Source of the DNA: Vicugna vicugna | Lineage: Eukaryota | Length of the DNA stretch: 64,000 nucleotides | Direction: 5' to 3' | Assembly: GCA_013265495.1 (NCBI GenBank) | Contig: MU058337.1 | Location: 3,838,880-3,902,879 of the forward strand | Shown: piece by piece, positions 38,426-50,819 of the stretch | Numbering within the stretch: position 1 is the first letter of the stretch | How the letters are laid out: every line of letters begins with the position of its first letter | Notes under the pieces: generated by a model | What the model was told of the DNA's origin: nothing | The model's database searches: none | Seen by the model: the letters and a program-made list of their open reading frames with translations, nothing else | Made by a program: the position numbers and the translations under genes

Positions 38426-41400
38426 TTACATCACAATGAAGAGAAAAGGCAAAAGGAGTAGGATGTAATTTGGGAGTGTCTTCCTAGCAGTATGTGGGGT
38501 TAAGGCTTGTAAACCACTGACTCAATTCCCAGTTTGATTACTTATCTCGAGTCTGAACCCCACAGCCTTAGGAGAGGTAGGAAGAAAGGCTCTGAAGAGC
38601 ACTTCATTTAAGCCGCCCCTTGGTCCTGGCTGAGTCGCACCTGGAGCAGAGCCACCATAGAGGCAGGTAGCTCCGGGAGCCAGAGGGTGGGGGGCAGGAA
38701 CATCCAGATGCAGCGTGTAGGAGCCTCCGGTGCACTGGGCACACTGGGAATGCCCATCAACCTTCATCTCTTTGGAATTATGTCAGAATCTTGTATCTTG
38801 AGAATCCTCTGAGGAAAGAAGGAAGATATTAAGTGCAGGAGAGCAAGGAAGAGCCTCATGTAACGGAGGGCAGAATAATCTCACTACACAGGCACCCGTT
38901 CTGTCTCACAGCTTCCCCATCTCTAACCAACAGTGCTGCATCTTTACAACAAGTTCCCCAGAGGTAGGACTACTGATGGAAAGTCAAGACCGCCCTGGTG
39001 CCCGGATCCCTTCTCAGCCCCCGTGATCCTACCTCTAGGTTACAGAAGCATAGTCATTCTCTCTGACTCTTGGCCAGGAAATGATTCAGAGTCTGAGGAA
39101 AGTGACAAATGATGAGATCTCTGGTCTGAGTGGTGGTAATGAGCTGGGAACAGCTGAAGAGGGATGACTTGGGGGCAGCCAGAGACCTGCCCTCCAGATT
39201 TGGTTCCCCCATTGTCTCTCCCACCATGGAACTCTCTGTGCTGTGAGTTCCTCAGGTGAAAACTGGAAATGCTGAAAACCTTGCTCCTCTTCATTCCGAA
39301 TTGGGCTCCCCAAGTGCCCTGACTGGGCAGGGTGGATGACCTTTGTTCCCTCCCTCCTAAATGATTATCTCTCTGCCTTGTGTTCGCTTAACGACTGCTC
39401 ACAGAAAGTCAGATGGGGGACAATTAGCAACAATTTGCTATTTCAATATAAAATAAGGAAATCAGGCCATGATGGGCAAGGAGCACTCAGAAGGAAGACT
39501 GTCATATTTAATCGTGGCCGCCACCACTTACCTGAAAAAAAATGGGGGGGAATCCCATGCTACCACCACAAGCCACGGATGTGTTCCCTGTGACCATCTT
39601 GCAGCATTTTGTAATAACTTTGGATTTTCACAGTTTTGATAATTGGTATTCCTCATTAAACATTTTTATCCTACTTTTCCCTAAATGACATTATGGCTTT
39701 AGATATCTAAACTTCTTAAAGCTTAGAATCTTTTTTTTAATCCTTATGAAAAATTGCTTGTGCAATTTCCCGCTTAGGAGCACCACTAGCCATTCATAGT
39801 GCCTGAGTTTTCACAAAATTTGAGTTCCCAGGGATGAGGAGAGAAATTTTCTTTAAACCCGATCCCCTTTCTTTTCTTAAAAAAAAAAAAATCAGCCTTT
39901 TAACTCTGATTGCACAATGGTTCTGTCCAGATCCTTTTGTCAGGGACTTGATATCTTTTAGATTATAGTGCATTAAAATGCACCCAGAGAGCCTAAGGGG
40001 GGAAAAATAAATATGGTATTTATGTTGAACTTGTAAAAGGGGTCATTCAAAAAAGGAATTTAATAAAAATCATTACCACCTCAGAGCAATGCCAAACTTT
40101 AATTATACATTTTCAACCCCCAAAGTAAATGCTCTAACATCTCAACCCACTGAAAAGCAGGCTGCCTTTATTACTACCCTGCCTACAGTATTTTCTTGAA
40201 GCAGTCTCATTTGATTCTTGAATGCATGGCCACCTAGCCCTGCAGAAAGAGAATTTTTCTTTTTCTCTAAAATAGCCTCTGTCCTCAAAGGCCTGTGGCA
40301 ATCTGTCAATGTGATCCTCCAAGGTAATTCGGCCGCTTCCCCTTTCCAGGCAGGCGCCCTGGAGGATGCTGCTGGCTGGGTAACAGTGATGTCCAGGGCT
40401 ATCCGCGGTCCCTTTGAGCCATGGCAATTTTTCAGAAGGGAAATTAGTCCCCCTGCCAACTCTTATATTTTGTAGCAGCCCAGATGTCACGCTTTGCTAA
40501 TATCATACTAGACTGTAATATTTTTATAATGTAGTATAGAGAACCAAAGCAGAGCCAAATAGACACATTGCTGCCAGATGGCTGACCTTTATTTACTGAT
40601 AGAAGTTTTTTTTTTAATCATAAAACTTGAACTTGTTAGAAATGAGCTGAGTTTTCAAGTTTACAGTTGAGCCCCATCCTCTCTCCCAAGAGCAGGAGGG
40701 AAGATGAGCTCATGGAAAGGCAGGGTGCATAGAAATCCAGAAGTTTCCGTGGAGCAGGGACAAAATGGGGTGCTCCCAGGCACACGGGTCTTCTGTGCTC
40801 AGGAAGGGCAGGAGCTGTCACTCCTGAAATGAGCTACTGGCAGCATCTGTGCACTGTGAATTGAAGGTCACAGCCACCGCCTCCAGAGCACGAGGTGGCT
40901 GTTCACTGTCAGGCGATGGCTCGTCTTCCTCCCGTGCCTTTAGCTGGAAGAGAAGGCTGAGGTCGAGTGTGTGGGCTCCCCGCCATGCCTTTAGCTTTCT
41001 CCCTGAAGCCATGCTTGTACAGTAACCAAGTTCCTAATTGAATGTAATCATGTTATTTTTACTTCAAGGAGAGGCTAATTATCCCTCCTTCGTATTCCCT
41101 TGTAGATCTGTTTCCTTTGAAAATGTTTTCCATCCTGATTCAAGCATTATTTTTTCTTTGCAGTTGGCTCTAAATATGGCTAGGATTTTAATGAGTCTTT
41201 TCCCCATTCTAAGATTTTTCTTCCCCAAATTTTTCTCCTTACATATTTATTGATATTGAACTCTGAGTGCTTCATGGATTCATCATGACCTTGAAAATAG
41301 AAATTTGCCTTGTTCTCTGCCATCAGTAGTCCAATTATCAGTTATTTTAATAACAATAAATGGCTTTGCCAATAAATGTATTTCCTACTACAAACTCCCT

Positions 41401-42419
41401 CGGTTTTTTACTTTTATATTTGTTAATAATTTGCTGCCTCACTCATCTGAACTATATCACCTTTTTAGTTTATTGTCAGTTAAATAATAATCATATTTTC
41501 CCACACTTCATAGATTCCTCAGGCCAGCAAGCTTTTTATCACGCTGAATTAGGATATATTAAAAACCAAATATTCTGCCCAGTCCAAAGATTTCCTGATT
41601 CAGGTATATTAAGAAATCTATCCACCCCTCTATTTTCCCTCCTCATTTCCTTCCTAAAACGTAGGGTCTTATAAACACAGTCTTGATTATTGGTAGTGCT
41701 CCCTCTAGACAAAGTGGTCACCCCTGCTAGCTAGCTTGAAATCCCACCATGCAGGGTGAATGTCTGAGTGGTTGAGCATTGTGTTTCAAGATTTTTAAGG
41801 TGAAAACAGCAGCTGGGAGGGTTAAGATGCTAGGACTCACAGTCAGACACCTTGGGATCATCAGCTCCAAGCCCTACCTCTTTCTGTGCACGTAACTGAC
41901 CTTAGACATCACACTTCAGTGTTCTGGACGTCCGCAAATTGAACACAGCAGTGGCCTCCAGATTCTTGTGAACACCAAGGAACATAAGCGTGAGGATTTG
42001 CAAACTAAATACCAGAATCACCAAACTCCTGCCAGCCTATTAGTGGGAGGAGGAGAGAGCCTTCTGAGCAGTCACCTTGTGTCACACGGGACCTGGGTGT
42101 GCACAGATGAGTGAACACGGAATGGAGGTCCCTAGAACAAGTGGTACGTGTTGTCATCCTACCCAGACCTAACCTGGGCTTCCTTGGAAATTTTCTGTCC
42201 GTGTGCAACTGGAAACATTTGTTTAAAGCACATATATTTAAAACAAAACAAAACATAAAAACCTAGCCATTATGGAGTCAGCAAATCCCTTTCACCAAAG
42301 GCTTACCTGTTGTCTTCAATCAAGGATCCTGTAAAATTAATTGACCAGATGTCCTTTTACTAATTAAAGTATACACCTTCCTGGTGACTTCTTTTCGACA
42401 GTGTTTTTCATGAGTAAAT

Positions 42420-42535
42420 AAGTAACCGGGAGAACAGCAGCAGAGGCGCGACTAGGGGTGCTGCCTGGGCCCGGCCGGCCCTCACCTGTGTCTTCAGCCT
42501 CTTCCGCTCGTCCCCTCGCGCTTGAAAGCAGGCCT
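42420..42535. promoter_or_regulatory. Small CpG-rich patch containing a minus-strand splice donor (candidate first exon end)
   Basis: About 9 CpGs in ~110 bp against a CpG-depleted background; CAG|GTGAGG on the minus strand at 42486/42485. Confidence 0.4.
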
Positions 42536-43929
42536 TTCTTGTTTGGTTTTTAATCTGTTATTTGGGTAATTTCTCCTTCCCTCGTGTTATCTCTAAAGGT
42601 ATTTTCTCAGTTCCAAGAACTGATTTCTTTTCCAAATTGCCTGGCTTCCTTTTCAGCCCTAACTACCTTTCCTCTATCTTTTAAAACATTTCTCCCACCA
42701 AATATTTCTCCCCGCCATTTAATCACCCGCCTTGCTCTCGTTTCCTTAGCCTTCTGTAAATGTCCTCCTTTCCACAGCAGACTGCCACCTCAGAAAAACT
42801 CTTCAGTGCCTACTTCATGATATCAACAGTTTTTTTTTTCTCCTCGGTGGGGACTCATTTTTCCCCAGTTAAGTTTGCTGTGTATTTTCTCCTATAAGTG
42901 AATTCTCATGGTATATGGTAGGGATATCATCTCTCACTTTCCTCAAACAGACTTCAGATACTCTATGTCATCTGTAGTTTTTATTTCAGCAGTCCCTCCT
43001 GGGGCCAGTTTTTTCTGTAATGCAGCAGAGTCCCCTCTGAACATGAATCTGTTGTGCCCAGAAATGGAGATTTCCTCAAATGCATTTCCTCACGGGTACC
43101 TAAATGTGTGGTGCGGCACAGAAATCACAGGCCTCACTATCTTCCTGTGTCTTTTCATGATAATCTTGAAGGGGAAACTTGAGTCACCTACCAGCCTCGT
43201 GGTGGGAAGAAAGATTGCAGTCTCTGGTCCTGGCTGTGGCCTCTCCAGTTTCAGTAGAATGGGAAAGGAGAATGGAAAAAAATACACATTGATGTGACTT
43301 TCTTTCCCTTGAAGCCCCAAATGAAGTCAGTTCAAAGCCCTGCCTCCCTCGATAACCCCCAGGGACATCAGTTCTGTGCTGAAGCACTCATCTGCCTGAT
43401 AAACTCCACCCTTCATGGAATAGTCCATGCCGTACACGATGAGTCCATTTTAGTGGTGCATTTTCTCTGATTCACCCTTCTCTGGAGTTCCCATAGAAGT
43501 TACACAGATTGTTTTCAACTCTTATTTCCTAACACTCAGAGTTCTTTGAGTTGTCATTACAGTGTCTCCTGGGTCTTCTTGCACCCTGGTCCTCCAGCGG
43601 GTGGAGGAGCACCTCCCCCTGATGACTGATGGCCTTCAGTCCCTTCACTTGGGCTTTCTCAGGCCGACCACATGTTTCAACAAGTTATGTAAGTCCTGAT
43701 GCATTTCTCATTTTTCCTCTGCTCCTCTCACATGTTTAGTTTTTATTTTTCATTAGTTTTAAAGATTCCTCTTTGTCCCCCTTTCCCCAGTCTGTCTCGT
43801 TTAAGTTACTTACCATGTTCAGTGCCTGCAGGTAAAAAGGAAGTGTCATCTTTATGCTCCAGGGATTTATTATTATATCTGAGGAGATAAGATGCTAACA
43901 TACAGAACCCAGCACGGAAGACCCTATTT

Positions 43930-44410
43930 TGTAAATATCAAATGATCAAGATGCTAAGCTCTACAGGGTTAAGGAGAGAGAGGCTTCATTGCAGGATGGT
44001 GTAGATGGGTCAGGAAAGCGCTGTAGAATGGAAAGTATGCAGGGAAAGGTGTGTGTCTAAAACCAGAAACTCGGGTGTGCTGAGAGATCAGCTAACACAC
44101 GGACAGTCCAGGTCAGCACAACTCGGGGGTTCATGTGGGGGACGCCTAAGACACACGGCAGGAAAGGCAAACTAAATCCTGACTGTGACGGGCCCGGGTG
44201 TATGTTTGAGACGTTATTTTAGCAGCTTTAGAGAGACTTTGAGAATATTCTGGGGGGAAGCGGCAAAATCAAAGCAGTGTCTGAGATGCTAATCGAAGGT
44301 CTGATTGAGCGGTGTCTTCGGGAAGAGGCAGAAGTCAGGGGCGAAGCTGCCGGGGCAGTCTGGAGGAGCGGCCATGGAGCAAACCAGTGTAATGTCCACT
44401 GAGTGGTCAG
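43930..44410 (-). mobile_element. L2 remnant
   Basis: Purine-rich antisense L2 pattern: aggcttcattgcaggatggtg, aatcctgactgtgacgggcc, aaaatcaaagcagtg. Confidence 0.5.
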
Positions 44411-44524
44411 AACCACCTGCCTGTTGGGAAACTAGTGAGCAGCAAGCAGGGGATGATTGCACAGTCTCCCTTCTGTATTTCATTTGCTTTCCGTTTCTTC
44501 AGCCTTGGAAAGTAGTAGAGGCGC

Positions 44525-44990
44525 ATTTATTATATGATTATGCAAATGTTTATTGAACGATTACTACAAATCAGGAACTGTGCCAAGGACTTTATACAGG
44601 TTAACTCATAGTTCCTCCTGACACACCATTTAAGATGAGGAAACTGAGACCCAGACCAGAGGGGTCAAGTAACTTAACTGAGCGACATGACCAGCATCCC
44701 TCAGGCATTTTGGCTTCAAAGTTTGTATTCCTACCCACTACACTGCATTACTTCTCATAGCCTGGTTGTAGGACAGATTCTGCGTGCAAACACCCTAGGT
44801 GAACATCCAGGTCCTCTTTTTATGTTATTCTAATGTGACTGTGAATTTAGCTGACTTCACTAAGCCTCAGTCCCGATCTGTAAAATAAGAAGATAATAAA
44901 TCCTACCTTACGGGGTTATGAAAAGATTAAAAATAATCCATCTTAACCACTTCGCAGTTTTTGGTAAATTTTCTTTCTATACTAATAATG
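44525..44990. mobile_element. Two adjacent MIRs in opposite orientation
   Basis: ccatttaagatgaggaaactgagacccaga (minus) then aagcctcagtcccgatctgtaaaataagaagataataa (plus). Confidence 0.75.
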
Positions 44991-46004
44991 GGTGATTCAA
45001 TGAACATCTATTATTAGTACAGAAAGTTCTAGGAAATCCCAGTTTGGCCTCATTCCCTCGGTACTGACCTCTCTTCCAGGTGAACTGAATGTCCCGTAAA
45101 TTCTCTCCTGACTAGAAGCAATCAGAGTAAGCTGCTCTTTCCTTGCCAGCATAAAGTTCACACTATGTTGTGTGTTTTTGTGACCCTTGCCTCTGACCTC
45201 GAGCACAGAGGTAAAAGAGACCCCTGTCCTTAAATCATAGGTGGGTCTGCGTTGGTGGCCAGTATGTGGTGGCTAGTACGTCTCCTGGCACTCACGGGGA
45301 GTAGTTGCAGAATAAACCTTTTATTCTCATTTCTCTAGACCAAAATGTGTACCTCATATTTATATCTAATTGTTGACACCAGTTTCTTACTCAGTCGACA
45401 AAATCTTCTGATGTCATTTAATTAGGAGCACATGTGTCTCTAGCAAGCATTTCATTAGTAAATGGTATGTAAACAGTCATCTTGCTGCTGCTTCAAGACA
45501 TTTTGGTGACATTCAGCCAGCAGTTTGCCTTTTCTTTTTCAGAGATTTTGTTCACAAATAAATCATAGTTTGCCCACTCCTAAAACTGACATCGTATGCT
45601 TTTGTGCTTGGTATCTCGGACTGCTAAGAAGTTTCTGTGTCATCTCCACTGGCTTTTTCTAATCAAGGTTTTCCTGAAAAAAAAAATGTTTACTTTATTG
45701 ATCCTTGCACACCTCTGTTCTAAATCTTCATAAAGACCAATTAAAAATAAATAAATAAAAATTCTTTAAGAATCTGAATGAGCCATCCACCATCCATCCT
45801 TTCTGCAGAGAACTAAACATGCCCTACTTTCCTTATCAAGTTTGCAGTTTCCTTTCTTATGAATTTTAAACCTGCACTACTTTTGCTATTTTTTCAACCT
45901 TTGCTTACTTTGCTTACTCTCCTCTCTGAGTTTGAAATGAAGACTTTTAAGTTTGGATTACAGTTTCTCTTTCCTTTTCTTTGTCTCCCTGCTGCTGGTC
46001 TCCT

Positions 46005-46210
46005 CTCAAGCCGCAGGCTCTCCGCGGTGTACCCCTCCTTCCCCTCTGCAGCAGAGGCGTTCACGTAGTCACGGGAAGACCCCCTTGCCAGCCCCCCCTG
46101 CGGTGCCCGACAGGAGGCGCTCGCTGGCCCTGCCTTCCTTCCCCCGGTCCTTTCCGTCAGGGAGGGAACTGCTTTTGAAACCACTTTACAGATAACAGAT
46201 AATAGAAGTA
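46005..46210. promoter_or_regulatory. CpG-rich promoter/enhancer-like element with a CTCF-like motif
   Basis: About 12 CpGs in ~150 bp; ccgacaggaggcgct near 46107-46121 resembles the CTCF core; aaccac (RUNX) and tandem agataa (GATA) follow at ~46179-46202. Confidence 0.5.
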
Positions 46211-46519
46211 GGATGCAGAAGAAGTAATTAGTTTTCTTAAGGTTAAAAATGAAATCAAATAGGAACACAGTTCTCTGAGGCCCACCTCCTCATTGTTCGC
46301 TGACTCCGCTACTTGGATCAGGAGTAGAAATGGGAGGAAACCAGCCCTCCCCTCTCTGCAGTGTCGTTGTCCACCTTTCCTTAAATAGGCATCTGCGATC
46401 ATGTAATTTTTCAGCAAGAGTCTAAAATTTTCCTTCAGTGTAACAGCTATTAATTTATATTTCGAGTAACATGAGGAACACTCAAGGTAAACCCTGTATC
46501 GTCAGATCTGTTCTCAACC

Positions 46520-46670
46520 ACACTCAGTTCCGGGCCTGTTTGCGCTGTGAACTGGCGGGATCGCCGCCGGAAGTCGTTTAACTCTGAGAGGTCTCAATTT
46601 CCTAATTCATAAAATAAATGGGCTATATTTTCCCCAAGGTCTCTTCCAGGTCTAACTGTTTTTAATCTAT
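46520..46670 (+). mobile_element. MIR/MIR3-like SINE with retained CpGs and ETS/E2F motifs
   Basis: gtcgtttaactctgagaggtctcaatttcctaattcataaaat..aaggtctcttccaggtcta; tggcggga at 46553-46560 and ccggaagt at 46567-46574. Confidence 0.6.
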
Positions 46671-47304
46671 GCTATAAGATAGAAGTAGTCATTGCCAACT
46701 TTCTCAGTATTCTAGGTATGCCCCCTGAGATTTTACATGCTGGGAGAATTTTATCTGCAAAAATCCCAGGCATAAAAGTGTACAAGTGAAATATGAAAGG
46801 CTTATTAAACAAGCCATACCCTTTCAACTGGGGTATGACAAATGTGGCTTCCGCTAACAAAGTGACACAGCTTCCTTACCCAGTGAGAATACAGGCTGAG
46901 ACTGGCAGTTCAGATGTCAGGTCTGTTCTGTACCATATCAATATATTTATATGTCACTTTTCAGTTAAAGTTACGATTTTTTGACAACCTACATCCTCCT
47001 TGCTACAATCAGAGGGAATAATCCCACAGGTTTCTGGGTTTTTTTTTTTTTTAACAGTTTTTGCAGCATCGTGATCTCAAATCATAACTCTGGGTAGTTT
47101 AATGTCTCTTCTTGAGAGCAGGACAATTTCTTTCTTCAGGAGGCATGAATTTCTGAAGATATGTAAATCAGAATTTTAATCCATGTGAGCCCTGTGTATG
47201 ACTAGGTCTGAGGAACTGTTGTCAATACAAAGAACGAAAGCCAATTCTAAGATTTAGTTTCTCTAGAAATTAGAAAATATTCATTAAACTAATGAAACTT
47301 TAAA

Positions 47305-47585
47305 GAGCAATGCTCCCCACGTATCACATGTCCCTTAGTCACTCTGGGATGTTTACAGTGCAGATTCTGATTGCTTCGTTCTGGGGCAGGGACTGAGGTT
47401 AGGATGACAAACTGGGCTTCCCCATGGCTAAAGGGTTTCCTGGGACAAGGGATGTTCAGTATTGAAACTGAGAAAGCCCTGAGCAAACACTGTGAACTGC
47501 TCACCCTACGTGAGATTCTGTGCCTCCATCAAGCACCAGGTGCTGCTGCTGCTCTTGGTTCTCAGATCAAGATCTGAAGAACCGA
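47305..47585. mobile_element. MER5-like hAT element split by a nested MER81
   Basis: tgcagattctgatt..tctggggcaggg before the insert and gagattctgtgcctccatcaagcaccaggtgctgctgctgct after it. Confidence 0.6.
47400..47508. mobile_element. MER81 (hAT-Blackjack MITE)
   Basis: TIRs taggatgac and ctcacccta; internal gggtttcctgggacaagggatgttcagtattgaaactgagaaagccctgagcaaac. Confidence 0.8.
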
Positions 47586-47589
47586 AGTC

Positions 47590-47820
47590 AAGTACTGGTT
47601 TCAGAGCATGTGGTCTGGGTGGCTGGTTTTCTCTCGCTCTTTTTATTTGTGTGATCTTGTGCACGTTTCTTATCTTACCGAGCCTCAAACCCTCATCTCA
47701 AAATTAGGACAGTAATAAGTGCCCACTTCATATAGCTGTGAATTTTAGAAGAGATCGAGTATAAAGTCCCTGATCAATTAGGAATTCTCAACAGTTGTTA
47801 GTTTCTACTATAATCATTAT
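47590..47820 (+). mobile_element. MIR SINE
   Basis: tgtgtgatcttgtgcacgtttcttatcttaccgagcctcaaaccctcatctcaaaattaggacagtaata. Confidence 0.75.
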
Positions 47821-50409
47821 CTTAATTTTTTCTCCTATAAAATATCTGCGAAATGAATGGCATTATCATACACAGCTGTAAAAGAAACTTGATTAGAAAT
47901 GATCTTGATACTTGGTTGACTTGAAAGAAACAAAATTTTACTTCACTTGTATCAAGTCTTTGAGCAGGTATGTCTTTAGAAAGTCAAGAGCATATGGCAA
48001 AATAACAAATATGTGCACAATTTCATGCTTTAAATGTGAATGTGCAAATGGTAACAACCCTGCATCTGCATCAAGTTCAATGTCTCATGATAACCGGCTC
48101 ACCATTCAGTAGTGAGTCTTTTCATATTTTTAATTCACCATGTACCTAATCGTTAAAAAAGAATTTGCATGTTAAATATTTGGAAACTGATCATCATTCA
48201 GGTGTTTTTTGATTCCCTTCTAGTGACTACTTCTAGAGATTCTAGGCATCTTGTTTTTGACCAGGTAGTCTAGCATTTGAAATTTATAGCCAGAAATCAA
48301 ATTGTGAACATAGTGGGCAAGTTTATGATTATTATGCCATGGATGTGACCTGAGCCACTGTTTTCTCACTCACTCCCTGAACCTATAGGAGTCATAACTT
48401 TGATTCATGATTTGGATGTGGTTCACCATCTAATCAATCAGCAAGACAGTTGACTCCAAATAATTTCTTTCATGTTAAGGTCATTTACCAGCCTGGGAAT
48501 AGGTAACTCTTTGGTAATATTTAAGATATGTTTTTATAATAAAAAGTATTAAATCATGTATTTCAACTTTCATATGACAGAAGAGAAAAATAAGGAAACC
48601 AAGGCATTTGGAGGAGAGCCCGTACTAGAGCTGAGTTTGTCTAACTTCTGGTCTCAGGCTTTGTTCCCTGCACCAATATCGACAGAGAATAAAGAAGAAA
48701 AATTGCATCAGTGTTTGAGCATTGATCACCTACTTTGTCATTTGTCAAAGGAGTAAATGCTCCATCCTTGCCAAGCCCTTTTGTAGATACTCATTTCATC
48801 TTTCTCCTCTATTGATTTAGTTCATGTTTTCTCAGACTTCCTAACTTCCTTTGAACTTGTTGAACGATTACATATTCAAGGGCATTCACTAATGCAGTAC
48901 AGAGTCACCATGAAGGAAACACACAGCGCAGGGCCCAGATGAAAAGTTAGTGCACCACATGAGGCACATCCATGAGCAAGTGTGATAAACATCCTATCTC
49001 ATCTTCAAGCATCTTGAATGTGGCCATACATTTATTGCTGATTTGAATATTTAATTTTCTAGGTCCCCGTGAGTTCAGGTTTTTGCAATCTAGGGTGCAT
49101 TTAGTCTCTAAGCAGCAGACTTCCTTTAGAATGAAGTAGTTTATGTAAGTGTTTGTTCCTTCAGTGTCTTGTAATCCTCAAGAAGCCCTTGGCCACCTAC
49201 GGTAAGAAACCTCCTCTCTTGCAGAGCCACTTTAAAAAATCCCTGAGGCTTCCAAAACAATTTCATCTAACCTTTATTGGAAAGCCCACCATCCTCCCTC
49301 CTACACCCTACATTTGGCAGCCATTTTTCAACCCTCTCCCAGGTGCCTAAGTAAGACAAGTTGCACATGTGCACATACAAAATTATGTGTCCTTTACCAA
49401 CAGCTGGCTTGGGAGGGGGGAACTCTGTGGCTGTAATCTGCAGATGTTTTATTTGAACAGATATTATAAATGGATTTTAATTGTGCTTTCAGATGTAAAA
49501 CACCCACCAAGGAATAACCCTAATAGACCTGTAGAAACTCAATAAAATAAATCAATAGCATATGTCCTGGAAGAGTATTGGACCTTCTAACATTTTGATC
49601 AATACTGACATTTGACCTAAAAAATTTGTTATCTGCAGATTTGTTTTAAGAATTTGCTGATACAAGTACAACCACGTACGAGAAAACATTTTAGAGAAAA
49701 CTTTAGTCTCCAATACACTTGCCAAAATTTTTCTGACACATTACCATGTTATCACCTCTCTCTTGCTTATGCAGCTCTTGTTGCAGGAAATAATCATCAT
49801 TGTGGCAGATCCACATCCTCCTCTGAATCTCAAATGCCAACATTGTTCCATCACCTACCAGGTTGGTATATTAGCTCACTTCACGCAGGAGAGCACAAGC
49901 CACAGGACTAAGTCCGAGTTCTCCGTAAAACGCAGCCAACAAACCTTAGCCAAGTAGCTCCGGAGGCCCTAAGATGGGAGTAGTATGATCAGGCCCCTCA
50001 CAGGCCCCTGTCCCAGCAGACTCAGTCTGTCGTTCACACTTTCCTTCTTCCTGACGCCTTGTTTGTCCGTTTTCATTGAACATATACATGCTAAATATTA
50101 TTGTTGTCAGTTACTTACGCCATAAGAGAAAACTAAAATTTTATTTTTAAGAAACAGCAAAAATGCTGAAAAGACTAACCAAGCTAAGAGGCAAGATGAC
50201 AGGGTAATCTAAAAATCTAAGATTTGGCAGGAAATTTGGCTAAAGAAGAAAGAATTGAATAAAATCATCATACTGTGGTCCAGCAGTGCAAACAGTCAAA
50301 CATGGCAGATTCAAAACAAAAATCATAATATGTTTCAAAAACAGATGGGAAACTGGGGCAATGATTGGAGTTTGGGGCTTAAGAAGGTTACACAGAGGAA
50401 AAGAAAGTA

Positions 50410-50615
50410 ATGTTTTATTGAAGGGTTACCAAGTGCCAGGTCTTCACAACTTTTGAGACAGAAACATTCTTCTCCCCCTTTCCCACTGAGGAAACCAAAG
50501 TTCAGAGAGGTCAGTTAACTTCTCAGGGGGCCCCAGCTCCCGACTGAAAAACTGAGATGCAGACTCAGGCCTGCCTCATTCCAGAGGCTTCACCAGTTTC
50601 CAACATGCCATTATA
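50410..50615 (-). mobile_element. MIR SINE
   Basis: tttattgaagggttaccaagtgccagg..ctgaggaaaccaaagttcagagaggtcagttaactt. Confidence 0.8.
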
Positions 50616-50819
50616 CTGATCTCTTTTATTGTCTTCCTGGCCAAATCTCTGAAATACTAAAGTTTATGATCTCTCACTCCTTACATGTGCTTTTTCAGCT
50701 GTCGCAGTAGTCTGTGCTCTGTGTCCATGAAGAAGGCTGATCAGATTCTCACAATTTCCTTTACTAAACCATGCTGGGCCCTCTTTTAAGACTTAGGTTA
50801 TGTTCTCTTATTGTTCTCT

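Noticed and set aside
45894..46268. 124-aa ORF across the CpG-rich element
   Set aside because: Non-ATG start and stop-codon scarcity explained by local GC content; no recognisable domain.
49150..49207. Plus-strand 37-nt acceptor/donor pair
   Set aside because: Modest acceptor; it shows that such pairs arise on both strands, which is why all exon calls here are kept tentative.
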